DNA of 64,000 nt from assembly GCA_958422985.1 (NCBI GenBank), contig CATZPY010000002.1:18656-82655 (forward strand), read 5' to 3'. The notes beneath the pieces were generated by a model that did not search any database, was not told the origin of the DNA, and worked only from the letters and a program-made list of their open reading frames with translations. Source of the stretch: an uncultured Clostridium sp. (GTDB lineage Bacteria; Bacillota; Clostridia; TANB77; CAG-508). The position numbers were made by a program, and so were the translations under genes. Positions 17,688 through 27,690 of the stretch are shown here, piece after piece. Each line of letters begins with the position of its first letter. Position 1 is the stretch's first letter.

Positions 17688-20306
17688 TTATAGCCATTCA
17701 CCGTGCTTTTGTATATATTTATATTTTGCAAATTGTGCTATTATGCAGTACACAACAGGTGTTAAGAATATTAGTGCCATATATTTTATTGGAATTGCTA
17801 CTAAACCAATTGCAGTACCTAGTGGAGTAAACGGTACTAATATTGCTAATAAGGAAACTATTATAGATGACATATATACAGGTTTAGAAGCATGGCTTTG
17901 TACAAATGGTATTTTTGCTGTTCTAATAATATGCATTCCAAATAGGTTTGATACAATTCCGTATGAAAACCATATGGTTTGGAACAATGCAGAATCTGCT
18001 GGTCCTAATTTGAAAACAAACCATAACATGGCAAATACAATTAAGTCAAATGCTGAACTTAGTGGACCCATAAAAATCATAAATTGTCTTATTGCACTAA
18101 TGCTCCATTTTTTAGGTTTCTTTAAAGAATCAATATCTACATTGTCAAATGGTAATGTTAATTGACCAATATCATATAATAAACTTTGTACAAGTAATTG
18201 GATTGGTGTTATTGGGAAAAATGGTAACAATATACTTGCAATTAAAACAGAGGTAACTTCACCAAAATTAAAACTTACAGCAAGTTTTATATATTTTAAT
18301 AAATTAGAAAATGTTTTTCTACCCTCTGTAACACCATCTAATAAAACATTTAAATCTTTTTCTAATAAAATGATGTCCGCAGTTTCCTTTGCAATATCAA
18401 CAGCTGTGTCAACAGAAACTCCAACATCTGAATTTGTAAGTGAAGGAGTATCGTTTATACCATCGCCCATATAACCAACAACATTTCCACTTACTTTTAA
18501 TAAACGAATAATTCTAGCTTTCTGAATAGGAGATAATTTAGCAAAAACATTATGTTTTCTTTTTAAAAGTCTAATTACACCACTGTCGGGTAGTTTGTCA
18601 ATTTCACTACCTAAAATAATTTTTGAGGTTTTAATACCTACTTTTTTGCATATACAACCTGTAACTTCTGCATTATCACCAGTAAGAACAATTACCCTAA
18701 TACCAGCTTCATTCATACGTTTTATAGCTCCTGCGGCAGATTCTTTAGGTGGATCTAGAAATCCAATAAAACCAGTAAGAATCATATTACTTTCATCGTT
18801 TACACTAAAATCATTTTGACTAGTAACATTTTTTTTACATATGGCAATAACTCTTAAACCATCTTTATTTAAACTAACAGAAATCTTTTTTATATTCTTT
18901 TTTATCTCATTTGTAATATCAAAAATTTGGTTATTATATGAAACCTTTGTGCAAATATTTAAAATTTCTTCTACAGCACCTTTAGTAATCATTTTTTTAT
19001 TATTCGATTTATCTGCAACTATAACCGATAATCTTCTTCTGGAAAAATCAAAAGGTATTTCATCAACTACCAAATAATCATTTTTTAAATATTCTAATCC
19101 ATTTTCTAATGCTCTATTAATTACAGCTTTATCAATATTTCCATCCAGTCCTGTTTGATGATAAGAATTTAAAAATGCATCTTCTAAAACAGAAATATCT
19201 TCATTTCCATAGATATCCAAATATTTTTCTAACACAATTTTGTCTTCAGTTAAAGTTCCAGTTTTATCGGTACAAAAAACATTCATAGACCCAAAACTTT
19301 CTACAGAATCTAACTTTTTAACAATTGTTTTTTTCTTAGACATTTGTACAGCACCTTTAGACAAACAAGAAGAAAGAATTACAGGGAGTAATAAAGGAGT
19401 AATTCCTATTGCTATTGCAACAGAAAATGTGAAAGCTGTTAATAAATCGTGTTTCCATACATTAACTATAAAAGTAAGAGGAATCATAAAAAGCATAAAT
19501 TTTGTTAATAATTTACTAATATTTTCTATTCCTTTTTGAAATTCTGTTTTAGGTTTACCAGAAGTAATAGAATGTGCAACTTTTCCAAAGTAAGTATTGT
19601 CAGCAACTTTTATAACAGCACATTTAGCAGAGCCACTTATAACATTTGTACCCATAAAACAAATATTATCCAAGTCAGTTATGCTTTCTAGCTCATCTAT
19701 AGATTTTAAAAGGGAATTTGGAATCTTTTTTATAGAATCAGATTCACCTGTAATAGAAGATTGACCTAAAAATAAATCTTTAGATTCTAAAACTCTTAAA
19801 TCAGCAGGAACCATGTCACCAGCAGATAATAAGACGATATCTCCTACAGTAAAATCTTTAAAAGTAATTTTTTGTTTAGTGCCATTTCTTATAACAGTAC
19901 CTTTGGTTTGCACCATAGCTTTTAATTTTTCTGCAGCTTTATTAGAACGGAATTCTTGAAAAAACTCTAAAAGTGTACTTACAAGGACCAAACAAATAAT
20001 AACAATAATGTTTGCAGGATTTGGGTTAGCTGGTAAAACAATATCGGTATATATTAAAACTAAAGAAATTCCTAATAATATTGCATTAAAAGGACTAAAT
20101 AAACTTTCAAAAAAATAGTTATACCAACGCTTAGGCTTATTACCACTTATTTCGTTCTTACCATATGTTTTCTGGTTTTCGAGAATGTCTGAATCGGTTA
20201 GACCATTAAAATTTATATTGTATTTACTAATAAACTCATTTTTGGGAAGTAAAGAAAAATCTCCATATTCTTTTTTTACATTAAATTCTTCTATCTTTTG
20301 TGACAT
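17688..20306 (-). CDS. mgtA: magnesium-translocating P-type ATPase (MgtA-like)
   Basis: DKTGTLT phosphorylation motif, TGDN and GDGINDTPSL motifs, and about 10 TM helices. The N-terminus is MgtA-like. Confidence 0.85.
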   Translation of the reverse strand: MSQKIEEFNVKKEYGDFSLLPKNEFISKYNINFNGLTDSDILENQKTYGKNEISGNKPKRWYNYFFESLFSPFNAILLGISLVLIYTDIVLPANPNPANIIVIICLVLVSTLLEFFQEFRSNKAAEKLKAMVQTKGTVIRNGTKQKITFKDFTVGDIVLLSAGDMVPADLRVLESKDLFLGQSSITGESDSIKKIPNSLLKSIDELESITDLDNICFMGTNVISGSAKCAVIKVADNTYFGKVAHSITSGKPKTEFQKGIENISKLLTKFMLFMIPLTFIVNVWKHDLLTAFTFSVAIAIGITPLLLPVILSSCLSKGAVQMSKKKTIVKKLDSVESFGSMNVFCTDKTGTLTEDKIVLEKYLDIYGNEDISVLEDAFLNSYHQTGLDGNIDKAVINRALENGLEYLKNDYLVVDEIPFDFSRRRLSVIVADKSNNKKMITKGAVEEILNICTKVSYNNQIFDITNEIKKNIKKISVSLNKDGLRVIAICKKNVTSQNDFSVNDESNMILTGFIGFLDPPKESAAGAIKRMNEAGIRVIVLTGDNAEVTGCICKKVGIKTSKIILGSEIDKLPDSGVIRLLKRKHNVFAKLSPIQKARIIRLLKVSGNVVGYMGDGINDTPSLTNSDVGVSVDTAVDIAKETADIILLEKDLNVLLDGVTEGRKTFSNLLKYIKLAVSFNFGEVTSVLIASILLPFFPITPIQLLVQSLLYDIGQLTLPFDNVDIDSLKKPKKWSISAIRQFMIFMGPLSSAFDLIVFAMLWFVFKLGPADSALFQTIWFSYGIVSNLFGMHIIRTAKIPFVQSHASKPVYMSSIIVSLLAILVPFTPLGTAIGLVAIPIKYMALIFLTPVVYCIIAQFAKYKYIQKHGEWL

Positions 20307-20332
20307 AAAAATCTCCTTTCGATAAAATATAA

Positions 20333-20364
20333 CCGGGATTAAGGGACGGTCCTTAAAATCCCGG
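20333..20364. repeat. GC-rich palindromic element CCGGGATTAAGGGACGGTCCTTAAAATCCCGG
   Basis: A hairpin in the mgtA 5' leader. It shares an exact 17-mer (CGGGATTTTAAGGACCG, inverted) with 1755-1771. Related copies lie at 1683-1712 and 41748-41798. Confidence 0.8.
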
Positions 20365-20421
20365 TAATTAATAAAAAATATTTTTAATTACTAAAATGTA
20401 AGAATAAAAAACACATAAGAA

Positions 20422-21546
20422 TTAACCAAGTAGAATTTTGCAAATATCTCTTGTAGAGTATTTTTTTGCAAGTAATTTTGCATTTATCTTCATTTGCTTA
20501 AATTTATCTGGATTGTTAAGAAGTGAGTGCAAGGTTTCATCTATTGTAGTGCTAGATTTTATCCAAATGCCAACACCTTTTTCTTCAAGAAATTCTGCAT
20601 TTTGAAATTCTTGACCAGGAATAGGGTTTATAACGATAATTGGAAGACCAGAAGCTAAACTTTCTGAAGTTGTAAGACCACCAGGTTTTGTTACTACTAA
20701 ATCTGAAACACTCATTAGTTCTGGAACACTGTTTGTATATTCCATTATTTTTATATTTTCGGGCATATTAGAATTATTTGCAAGCTCTTCAAATTTATGC
20801 TTCATTTTTATATTTTTTCCAGATATAGCTACAATTTGAATATTATCAAAATCATTTAATAACGAACTTAATACTTTTAAAGTTTTGCTTTTGCCAAGAC
20901 CAAATTCGCCACCACCAAAGAAAAGAATAGTTTTTTTATTTTCTTTTAATCCAAATTGATTTAAAATTTCAGCTCTATCAAAATTTAATAAAAATTTATT
21001 TGATAAAGGAATACCAGTTACAAAAATCTTTTCTGCTGGAACTTTTTTGGCTACTAAGTCTTCTTTCATTTTATTATGTGCAACAAAAAAATAATCAATA
21101 CATTTTTTTCCTACTAACCATTGGTCGTGTGGAGCGAAGTCTGTCATAATAGAGGCAATTTTACAATTTATTTTATTATGCTTTTTTAAAAAACTACACA
21201 TTTGGCTTGCAAAAGGGTGTGTAGAAATAATTAAATCTGGCATATATTCTTGTAGTAAAATATTTAATTTTCTTGCTAATATTTTATTAGAAGTACTAGT
21301 AAGCTCTGCTACCGGACCTTTTTGTGAAGTGTAATAAATAGTTCCCCAAGCCCAAGGTGCTTTTTTTGCCATTTCTTTATAAGCTGTAGTTGTTACTTTT
21401 TCTAAGTGTTTGTTTACATACTTCATACAATCAATTATTTCAGTTTCTACATCTTCATAATTATTTTTTATATAATCATTAATTGCATTTGCAGCAGACA
21501 AATGCCCACCACCATATGATGCATAAAAAATTAATACTTTTTTCAT
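20422..21546 (-). CDS. diacylglycerol glycosyltransferase (MGDG synthase/UgtP-like, GT28 family)
   Basis: MGDG synthase N-terminal domain (VLIFYASYGGGHLSAANAI) plus GT28 C-terminal domain. The internal ATG at 21546 is preferred as start because of its RBS. Confidence 0.75.
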   Translation of the reverse strand: MKKVLIFYASYGGGHLSAANAINDYIKNNYEDVETEIIDCMKYVNKHLEKVTTTAYKEMAKKAPWAWGTIYYTSQKGPVAELTSTSNKILARKLNILLQEYMPDLIISTHPFASQMCSFLKKHNKINCKIASIMTDFAPHDQWLVGKKCIDYFFVAHNKMKEDLVAKKVPAEKIFVTGIPLSNKFLLNFDRAEILNQFGLKENKKTILFFGGGEFGLGKSKTLKVLSSLLNDFDNIQIVAISGKNIKMKHKFEELANNSNMPENIKIMEYTNSVPELMSVSDLVVTKPGGLTTSESLASGLPIIVINPIPGQEFQNAEFLEEKGVGIWIKSSTTIDETLHSLLNNPDKFKQMKINAKLLAKKYSTRDICKILLG

Positions 21547-21844
21547 TTTAAAGCCATTCCTTTCTTGTTTTGCTCGTAAAGCATACACAGTTATGGAATT
21601 TTTTTCTTCCAAATTACTATATTCATCTGTTTAAAATTGCAGATTCGTTTTATTAATTAAAATATTTATAATTACAAAAAAATTTTACCACAATTTATAA
21701 AAAAATAATAGAAGAAGTTGAATAAATTTGTAAATTTTACACAAAATATTTTAAAGAAAATTTAGATAAGAGAATTATAAAAGATTAAAACTTTTATTTG
21801 TAGCTTGAAAATTTTTATACGAAGTTTAGATTGGAGGAAGTATT

Positions 21845-22318
21845 TTGAAAAGGTATTATAAAATATTAATTTCGATGGCATTAATATTAGTATTAATAAT
21901 TTTAGTAAATTTCATAACTAAAAATGATAGTAATAAAACATATGCAGCATCTAGTAGTTCTGCTTCAGACTTACAACTAATGGCAAGAGCAATAAATGGA
22001 GAAGCGAGAGGAGAACCATATGAAGGACAAGTGGCAGTTGGAGCAGTTATATTAAATAGAGTAAAAAATTCTAGTTTCCCAAATACGATAGCAGGTGTTA
22101 TATATCAACCAGGAGCATTTACAGCAGTATCAGATGGGCAGATAAATGTTCCAATTGCAGAAAATTCTACAGTTGTTAAAGCTGCACAAGATGCACTAAA
22201 TGGTTGGGACCCAACAGGTGGAGCAATATACTATTTTAATCCCAACACAGCAACTAACAAGTGGATATGGTCAAGACCACTTATAAAACAAATTGGAAAA
22301 CATAGATTTTGTAAATAA
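21845..22318 (+). CDS. sleB: spore cortex-lytic cell wall hydrolase (SleB/CwlJ family, catalytic domain only)
   Basis: Hydrolase_2 motifs LMARAINGEARGEPYEGQVAVGAVILNRV...FPNTIAGVIYQPGAF. A signal peptide is present. ypeB lies immediately downstream. Confidence 0.85.
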   Translation: MKRYYKILISMALILVLIILVNFITKNDSNKTYAASSSSASDLQLMARAINGEARGEPYEGQVAVGAVILNRVKNSSFPNTIAGVIYQPGAFTAVSDGQINVPIAENSTVVKAAQDALNGWDPTGGAIYYFNPNTATNKWIWSRPLIKQIGKHRFCK

Positions 22319-22442
22319 TTTGCAGTAGACAAAATAAGTGATTATAGCTAACAGTTCTGCAAATGTCGTATGTTTGCAGTTATAGATATAAAATAGATAA
22401 CTATAGCTATCAGCTATATACATGAGAAATAGGAGGATAAAA

Positions 22443-23834
22443 ATGGGTTTAAAAGAAAAAGTTATAGACTGGAAAAACAGACTAAAAGACAGGCATATGT
22501 TAACAATTATTGTTACATTAATTGCAATAATAGCTTTGCTTGCAATGGTAATTTATAAAAAGCAAACTGAATATAGGCAGGCTTCAGAAAATTCGTACAA
22601 TCAAGCTTTTTATGAATTAGTAGATTATGTTCAGAATGTAGAAAATTACTTAGGTAAATCACTAATTTCTACAACATCAGAACATGGTGCAGAAACTTTA
22701 ACACGTGTATGGAAAGAGGCTAATTTAGCCCAAACTTATTTGTCACAATTACCAATAAGCACTAATGAATTAGAAAATACATCTAAGTTTTTAAACCAAG
22801 TAAGTGATTATAGTTATACATTGTCAAGAAAGAATATAAATAATGAACCATTATCACAAGAAGACTTAGACAATTTGAAAGAACTACATGACTATAGTGT
22901 CAATTTAGAAAATGTATTAAATCAACTTTCAAATGATATAAATAATGGAAGAATTAAATGGGGAGAACTTACTAAAAAAGGAAGTAGTGTGTTTGCACAG
23001 CAAGTTAGCAATATTTCTAAAGAAAGTTTTGGAAATATAGAACAAGAATTTCACGAATATGCAGGGCTAATTTATGATGGTGCTTTTTCTGAACATATTA
23101 CAAAGTCTGAAAAAGTAGGTCTTACAGGTTCAGACATAGACGAAGAAAAAGCAAAAGAAATAGCTAAAAACTTTATTGGAGATAATAAAATAAAAGAAAT
23201 AAATTCTAATGGTTTAGCAGAAAATGCAGATATTCCAACTTACGACTTTAAAATTAAATTAAATGATCAAGATGATTCTAATGAACTTGCAATATCAATT
23301 ACAAAAAAGGGTGGACACATTTTATTTAGCAATTTTAATCGTGAAGTTAGTGTAGAAAATATAAATGACGAAACAGCAAATCAAATTGCCTTAGACTTCT
23401 TAAATTCTAGGGGATATACTAATATGAAAAGAACGTATTATCTTAAAGAAGAAGGAATAATGACAATAAATTATGCATATGTTCAAAATAATGTAACTAT
23501 GTATCCTGATTTAATAAAAATAAAAGTAGCGCTAGACAATGGTGATATTTTAGGAATAGAAACACAGGGATATTTGAATTCACATACTGTAAGAAACATA
23601 CCAAAGGTTAAAATATCAAAAGAAAAAGCAAAAGAAGTTCTAAATAAAAAATTAGAAATAAAGTCTGAAGGTCTAGCTTTTATACCAACAGAATATAAAA
23701 CAGAAATTCTTTGTTGGGAGTTTAAAGGTAATGTAGCAGGCACTGATTTCTTAGTATATATTAATGCTGAAACAGGTAAAGAAGAAGATATTTTAACAAT
23801 TGTAAATACACCAAATGGAACATTAACAATGTAA
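22443..23834 (+). CDS. ypeB: germination protein YpeB (PepSY domains)
   Basis: N-terminal TM helix and a YpeB-like architecture with C-terminal PepSY repeats. This is the conserved sleB-ypeB operon. Confidence 0.8.
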   Translation: MGLKEKVIDWKNRLKDRHMLTIIVTLIAIIALLAMVIYKKQTEYRQASENSYNQAFYELVDYVQNVENYLGKSLISTTSEHGAETLTRVWKEANLAQTYLSQLPISTNELENTSKFLNQVSDYSYTLSRKNINNEPLSQEDLDNLKELHDYSVNLENVLNQLSNDINNGRIKWGELTKKGSSVFAQQVSNISKESFGNIEQEFHEYAGLIYDGAFSEHITKSEKVGLTGSDIDEEKAKEIAKNFIGDNKIKEINSNGLAENADIPTYDFKIKLNDQDDSNELAISITKKGGHILFSNFNREVSVENINDETANQIALDFLNSRGYTNMKRTYYLKEEGIMTINYAYVQNNVTMYPDLIKIKVALDNGDILGIETQGYLNSHTVRNIPKVKISKEKAKEVLNKKLEIKSEGLAFIPTEYKTEILCWEFKGNVAGTDFLVYINAETGKEEDILTIVNTPNGTLTM

Positions 23835-23992
23835 AAAAAGTGATTATTTTAAGTGGAAATATTTGTTTAATGTAAATAAAAGCATATAAATTGATTATTT
23901 AGAGAATATTGGAAGATATGCCAAAGTTGACAATAATGCAAAATTAGCGTACAATTAAATAGAAATTGTTTAGAAAATAAAAGGAGAATTGT

Positions 23993-25996
23993 ATGCTGAA
24001 TAATAATAGATTTCTTGAAAAGATAACATCAAGAACAAAAATATATTTAGCGATTATAGCTTTTCTAATAATTATTATATGTATAAACAAACCAAAATTA
24101 ATAATACCAGGAATATTATTGTTTGTTTTAATAATAATATATTCGTATTGGACAAATAACAAGCGAAATGCAGAACTTTCAAGGCAAATACAAAATTTAA
24201 CTATGACTATGGATGGAACTGCTAAAAAGTCATTAATAAATTCACCTTTTCCATTGATAATTATAGAAACAACAGGGAATATTATATGGAAAAGCTCCAA
24301 ATTTGTTTATGAATTTGCTAATATAGACATTAATAATTATTTAATAGATATTCTAGAAGAAATAAAAGAGGATATAAAAGCTGAGCAAGATAAGAAGCAA
24401 AAAACTATTGTAAAAAAGGTACAAATAGGAAATAAAGTATATAGTGTTTTAGGAGAATACATTCGTTCTAAAAATGAAGCTTCTGAAAATATAACTATTT
24501 TATATTTTATAGATATAACACAATCGATAAAAGAGAAAAAGAAATATGAAGATTCTAAAACTTGTGTAGGAATTTTAACAGTAGACAATTACGAAGAAAT
24601 TATACAAAGAATAGATGTAGAAAATAGACCACAAGTTATTGCAGAAATAGAAAAAGTAATTTATGAATGGGCTTCTTCTACAGGTGGAATTGTCATAAAA
24701 AATGACAGAAATACATTTATATATGTTTTCGAATATAAATATTTAAAAGAAATTAAAGAAAATAAATTTGGTATACTAGATCAAATAAAAGAAATAAATG
24801 TGGAAGCTGGTATTCAACTAACTTTAAGTATTGCAATATCAACAGACGGTGAAACAAACTACGAAAAATATAAAACAGCATTAGAAAGTATGGATATTGT
24901 ACTTGGAAGAGGTGGAGACCAAGCAGTTATAAAAGAAGATGGTAAGTATGTCTTCTTTGGTGGTAGAACAGAGGAAATAGAAAAAAGAACAAAGGTAAAA
25001 GCAAGAACAGTTGCTCATGCTTTGGAAAATTTAATAAAAGAGTCAGAAAATGTTTTAATTATGGGACATTCTAATGGAGATATAGACTCTATGGGATCAA
25101 GCCTTGGTGTTTATAGGCTAGCTAAAACATTAGAAAAAGAAGTAAACATAGTTAATAACACATATGGTATGACATTAAGTAAATTTATAGAAGAACTAGA
25201 AAAAGATGATGAATATAAAAATGCAATAATTTCTAAAAATGAAGCATTAAACAAGGCTACAAATAAAACTTTACTAATAATTACAGATACACATAAACAA
25301 AATTATGTGGAAGTTCCAGAATTATTGGATAAAGCTAGTGAAATTGTTATTATAGACCATCATAGAAGAAGTACAGATTATATAGAAAATGCAACTCTTA
25401 CATTCCAAGAAGTATATGCATCTTCTGCTTCTGAATTGGTAACAGAAATTTTACAATATACAGATGCAAAAATAAAATTAAAACCAATAGAAGTAGAAGG
25501 ACTATATGGTGGAATTATGGTAGATACAAAGAACTTTACTTTTAAAACAGGGGTAAGAACATTTGAAGCTGCAGCATATTTACGTAAATGTGGTGTAGAT
25601 ATAATTAAAGTTAAGAAATGGTTTCAAAGTGATTTAAATAGTTATAATGAAATAGCAAATATAGTAAAAAATGCAGAGATGTATGAAAATTCTATAGCTA
25701 TCGCTATATATGATAAAGAAGATAAAGATGCAAACTTAATTTGTGCAAAAGCTGCAGATGAATTATTAACTATTTCGGATATAACAGCATCATTTGTACT
25801 AGGAAATGTTGGAGAAAAAATATGTATAAGTGGTAGATCTATAGGAGATGTTAATGTTCAGCTTATACTAGAAAAACTTGGTGGTGGTGGACATATAACT
25901 TTAGCTGGAGCACAAGTTGAAGGTATGACACTAGAAGAGGTAAAACAAGAACTTATTAATAGAATTAATGAATATTTTTCAGAAATTTCAAATTAG
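23993..25996 (+). CDS. gdpP: c-di-AMP phosphodiesterase GdpP (2 TM, PAS-like, degenerate GGDEF, DHH/DHHA1)
   Basis: Two N-terminal TM helices, DHH motifs (IMGHSNGDIDSMGS, IIDHHR) and a DHHA1 GGGH motif (GGGGHITLAG). Confidence 0.85.
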   Translation: MLNNNRFLEKITSRTKIYLAIIAFLIIIICINKPKLIIPGILLFVLIIIYSYWTNNKRNAELSRQIQNLTMTMDGTAKKSLINSPFPLIIIETTGNIIWKSSKFVYEFANIDINNYLIDILEEIKEDIKAEQDKKQKTIVKKVQIGNKVYSVLGEYIRSKNEASENITILYFIDITQSIKEKKKYEDSKTCVGILTVDNYEEIIQRIDVENRPQVIAEIEKVIYEWASSTGGIVIKNDRNTFIYVFEYKYLKEIKENKFGILDQIKEINVEAGIQLTLSIAISTDGETNYEKYKTALESMDIVLGRGGDQAVIKEDGKYVFFGGRTEEIEKRTKVKARTVAHALENLIKESENVLIMGHSNGDIDSMGSSLGVYRLAKTLEKEVNIVNNTYGMTLSKFIEELEKDDEYKNAIISKNEALNKATNKTLLIITDTHKQNYVEVPELLDKASEIVIIDHHRRSTDYIENATLTFQEVYASSASELVTEILQYTDAKIKLKPIEVEGLYGGIMVDTKNFTFKTGVRTFEAAAYLRKCGVDIIKVKKWFQSDLNSYNEIANIVKNAEMYENSIAIAIYDKEDKDANLICAKAADELLTISDITASFVLGNVGEKICISGRSIGDVNVQLILEKLGGGGHITLAGAQVEGMTLEEVKQELINRINEYFSEISN

Positions 25997-26253
25997 TAAA
26001 AAAACTTATTAGCTTATAAAAAAAGTTAATAAGTTTTTTTATATGTTAAGAATCTTATAATATGAAAAAAAGCTTGTGTTTGATAATTATTGCATACCTT
26101 AAATTTTATGAATTTATATTGGATAGAAAATTTTAGGTGAGTTTATAGAAAATACAAAGTAAACATAAAGTAGAAACATAGATATGCACATATTATTTTT
26201 ACCATGGCTAATTTTTATTTAAAAATAAGCAAAAATTATTGTTGATAAAAATA

Positions 26254-26358
26254 TGTGGATATTGTGGAATACAAAAAAACTATGTGGATAAAAAAAAGAC
26301 TTGTGACACGAAAGTACTAAAATAAAAGGGTGGATAATGTGGATAACTATGTGGATAA
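26254..26358. promoter_or_regulatory. cluster of six same-orientation DnaA boxes (TGTGGATAA, the complement of TTATCCACA)
   Basis: Perfect 9-mers at 26283-26291, 26338-26346 and 26350-26358. Near-matches at 26254-26262 (TGTGGATAT), 26263-26271 (TGTGGAATA) and 26329-26337 (GGTGGATAA). About 160 bp of strongly AT-rich DNA follows. Confidence 0.8.
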
Positions 26359-26519
26359 AAATGAAATCGACATAAAAACAACAAAATATAACAAAAAGGT
26401 TTATAATACGATAAAATATTTAACTATAAAATTTGATTATAAAAAATTAAAAATATAATAAAAAAATATTTGAAAAATAAAATAATATATGTTACTATGT
26501 AAAAAAACGGGGTGATAAT

Positions 26520-26693
26520 ATGTCAGATGATAAAGAAATAGAAGTTGTAAATGGAAATGGTGAAGAATTAGAAATTTCACAAGTATATGAACATTTAGAA
26601 ATTGAAAAGCCAAATATGGAAAAGAAAAAAGGTATAGTAGTTCCAAAAGTAAAGAAAAAGGAAGAAAAAGAAGAAGATAAAGAAAAAAAATAG
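26520..26693 (+). CDS. hypothetical 57-aa protein with an acidic N-half and a Lys-rich C-half, not in the supplied ORF track
   Basis: ATG is preceded by GGGGTGATAAT RBS. Sequence MSDDKEIEVVNGNGEELEISQVYEHLEIEKPNMEKKKGIVVPKVKKKEEKEEDKEKK. It lies downstream of the DnaA-box cluster. Confidence 0.45.
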   Translation: MSDDKEIEVVNGNGEELEISQVYEHLEIEKPNMEKKKGIVVPKVKKKEEKEEDKEKK

Positions 26694-26718
26694 AAACAGT
26701 ATGTTTCTATTTTTTGTA

Positions 26719-26805
26719 TAGTAGGAAAAGTTTCTGTACTAGATAATTATAGCGAACCTTAGATTTTCTTAGGATTTACATTTGCTAGAACATCTTAGGT
26801 GCACT
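26719..26805. repeat. copy 2 of the AT-rich palindromic intergenic repeat (extended form)
   Basis: ...TTTCTGTACTAGATAATTATAGCGAACCTTAGATTTTCTTAGGATTTACATTTGCTAGAACATCTTAGGTG... is a near-copy of the element at 32585-32690. Confidence 0.8.
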
Positions 26806-26949
26806 TTTGGTGATAAAGAATGGTTAAGTTATTTAGTTTTTTGTTACAGTAGAATTTTGAATGCACATTTTTTAAAAAAATATAATTTTTGCCAGAAACT
26901 ATTGACATATTATTACAAAGATGTTATTATATATCTTGTTCGAAGAAAT

Positions 26950-27026
26950 GGGTCAGTAGCTCAGTTGGATAGAGCATTGGCCTTCTAAGCCAAGGGTCAG
27001 GGGTTCGAATCCCTTCTGGCTCACCA
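26950..27026 (+). tRNA. tRNA-Arg (anticodon TCT)
   Basis: Cloverleaf with GCTC/GAGC D-stem, anticodon loop CTTCTAA, GGTTCGAAT T-loop and 3' CCA encoded. A terminator hairpin lies at 27037-27080. Confidence 0.85.
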
Positions 27027-27164
27027 TTTCGATAAAATCTACAAAGTTGAATTATCAACCTTGTAGATTTTTTTGCTTTTTAATAATAAAATGTTACTTT
27101 CTTAAAATAAAAGTCAATATATAAGTGTAAGATATCTTAAAATAAGAAAGGATTTAGATCTAAA

Positions 27165-27689
27165 TTGAACGGAAAAATAAAAGATTATATAGAAAACAAT
27201 GAACTTAAACTAGAAAAAATAATAAATGATTATTCAAACTATGCAATTACTATAATAAACAATATGGTAAAAGATAATTTAAATAAAGAAGATAAAGAAG
27301 AAATACTTTCAGAGACTTTTTTTGTAATCTGGAAAAATAAAAACAAATTAGACATTAATAAAAATTTAAGTTCATACATTGCGGGTGTAACAAGAAATAT
27401 AGTAAAAGAATATTTAAGAAAAATAAGAATTAACTATAATATTTGTGATTACGAGAATATTTTATATAGTTATGATAATATAGAAATTCTAGACACAAAT
27501 ATTGAAGAAATTAAGAAAATAGAAAATAAGTTGGACAAAATGAAAGAAATAGATAAAAAAATATTTTTAGAATTTTACTATTCGGGTAAAACGATTAAGG
27601 ATATAGCTAAAGAACAAAATATTACTACATTTAGCGTAAAACAGAGACTATATAGAATTAGAAATAAAATAAAGAAAGAAGGAAAATAA
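27165..27689 (+). CDS. sigma-70 family (ECF-like) sigma factor, possible TTG start
   Basis: Region-2-like EEILSETFFVIWKN and region-4 HTH-like KTIKDIAKEQNITTFSVKQRLYRIRNKI. It lies 2 nt upstream of a membrane-anchored partner gene. Confidence 0.55.
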   Translation: MNGKIKDYIENNELKLEKIINDYSNYAITIINNMVKDNLNKEDKEEILSETFFVIWKNKNKLDINKNLSSYIAGVTRNIVKEYLRKIRINYNICDYENILYSYDNIEILDTNIEEIKKIENKLDKMKEIDKKIFLEFYYSGKTIKDIAKEQNITTFSVKQRLYRIRNKIKKEGK

Positions 27690-27690
27690 T

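Noticed and set aside
20307-20421. Possible M-box (Mg2+) riboswitch in the mgtA leader.
   Set aside because: The leader is only about 115 nt. I do not recognise the conserved M-box helices or motifs by eye. The single hairpin belongs to the dispersed GC-rich repeat family instead.
26000-26520. Possibility that the DnaA-box region is the chromosomal oriC.
   Set aside because: I did not adopt it as the primary call. dnaA, dnaN and rpmH are not in the window, and the boxes are all in one orientation. It is kept as an alternative in the finding.
26782-26988. 68-aa ORF on the plus strand.
   Set aside because: It spans the intergenic repeat and the 5' half of tRNA-Arg. It is not a gene.
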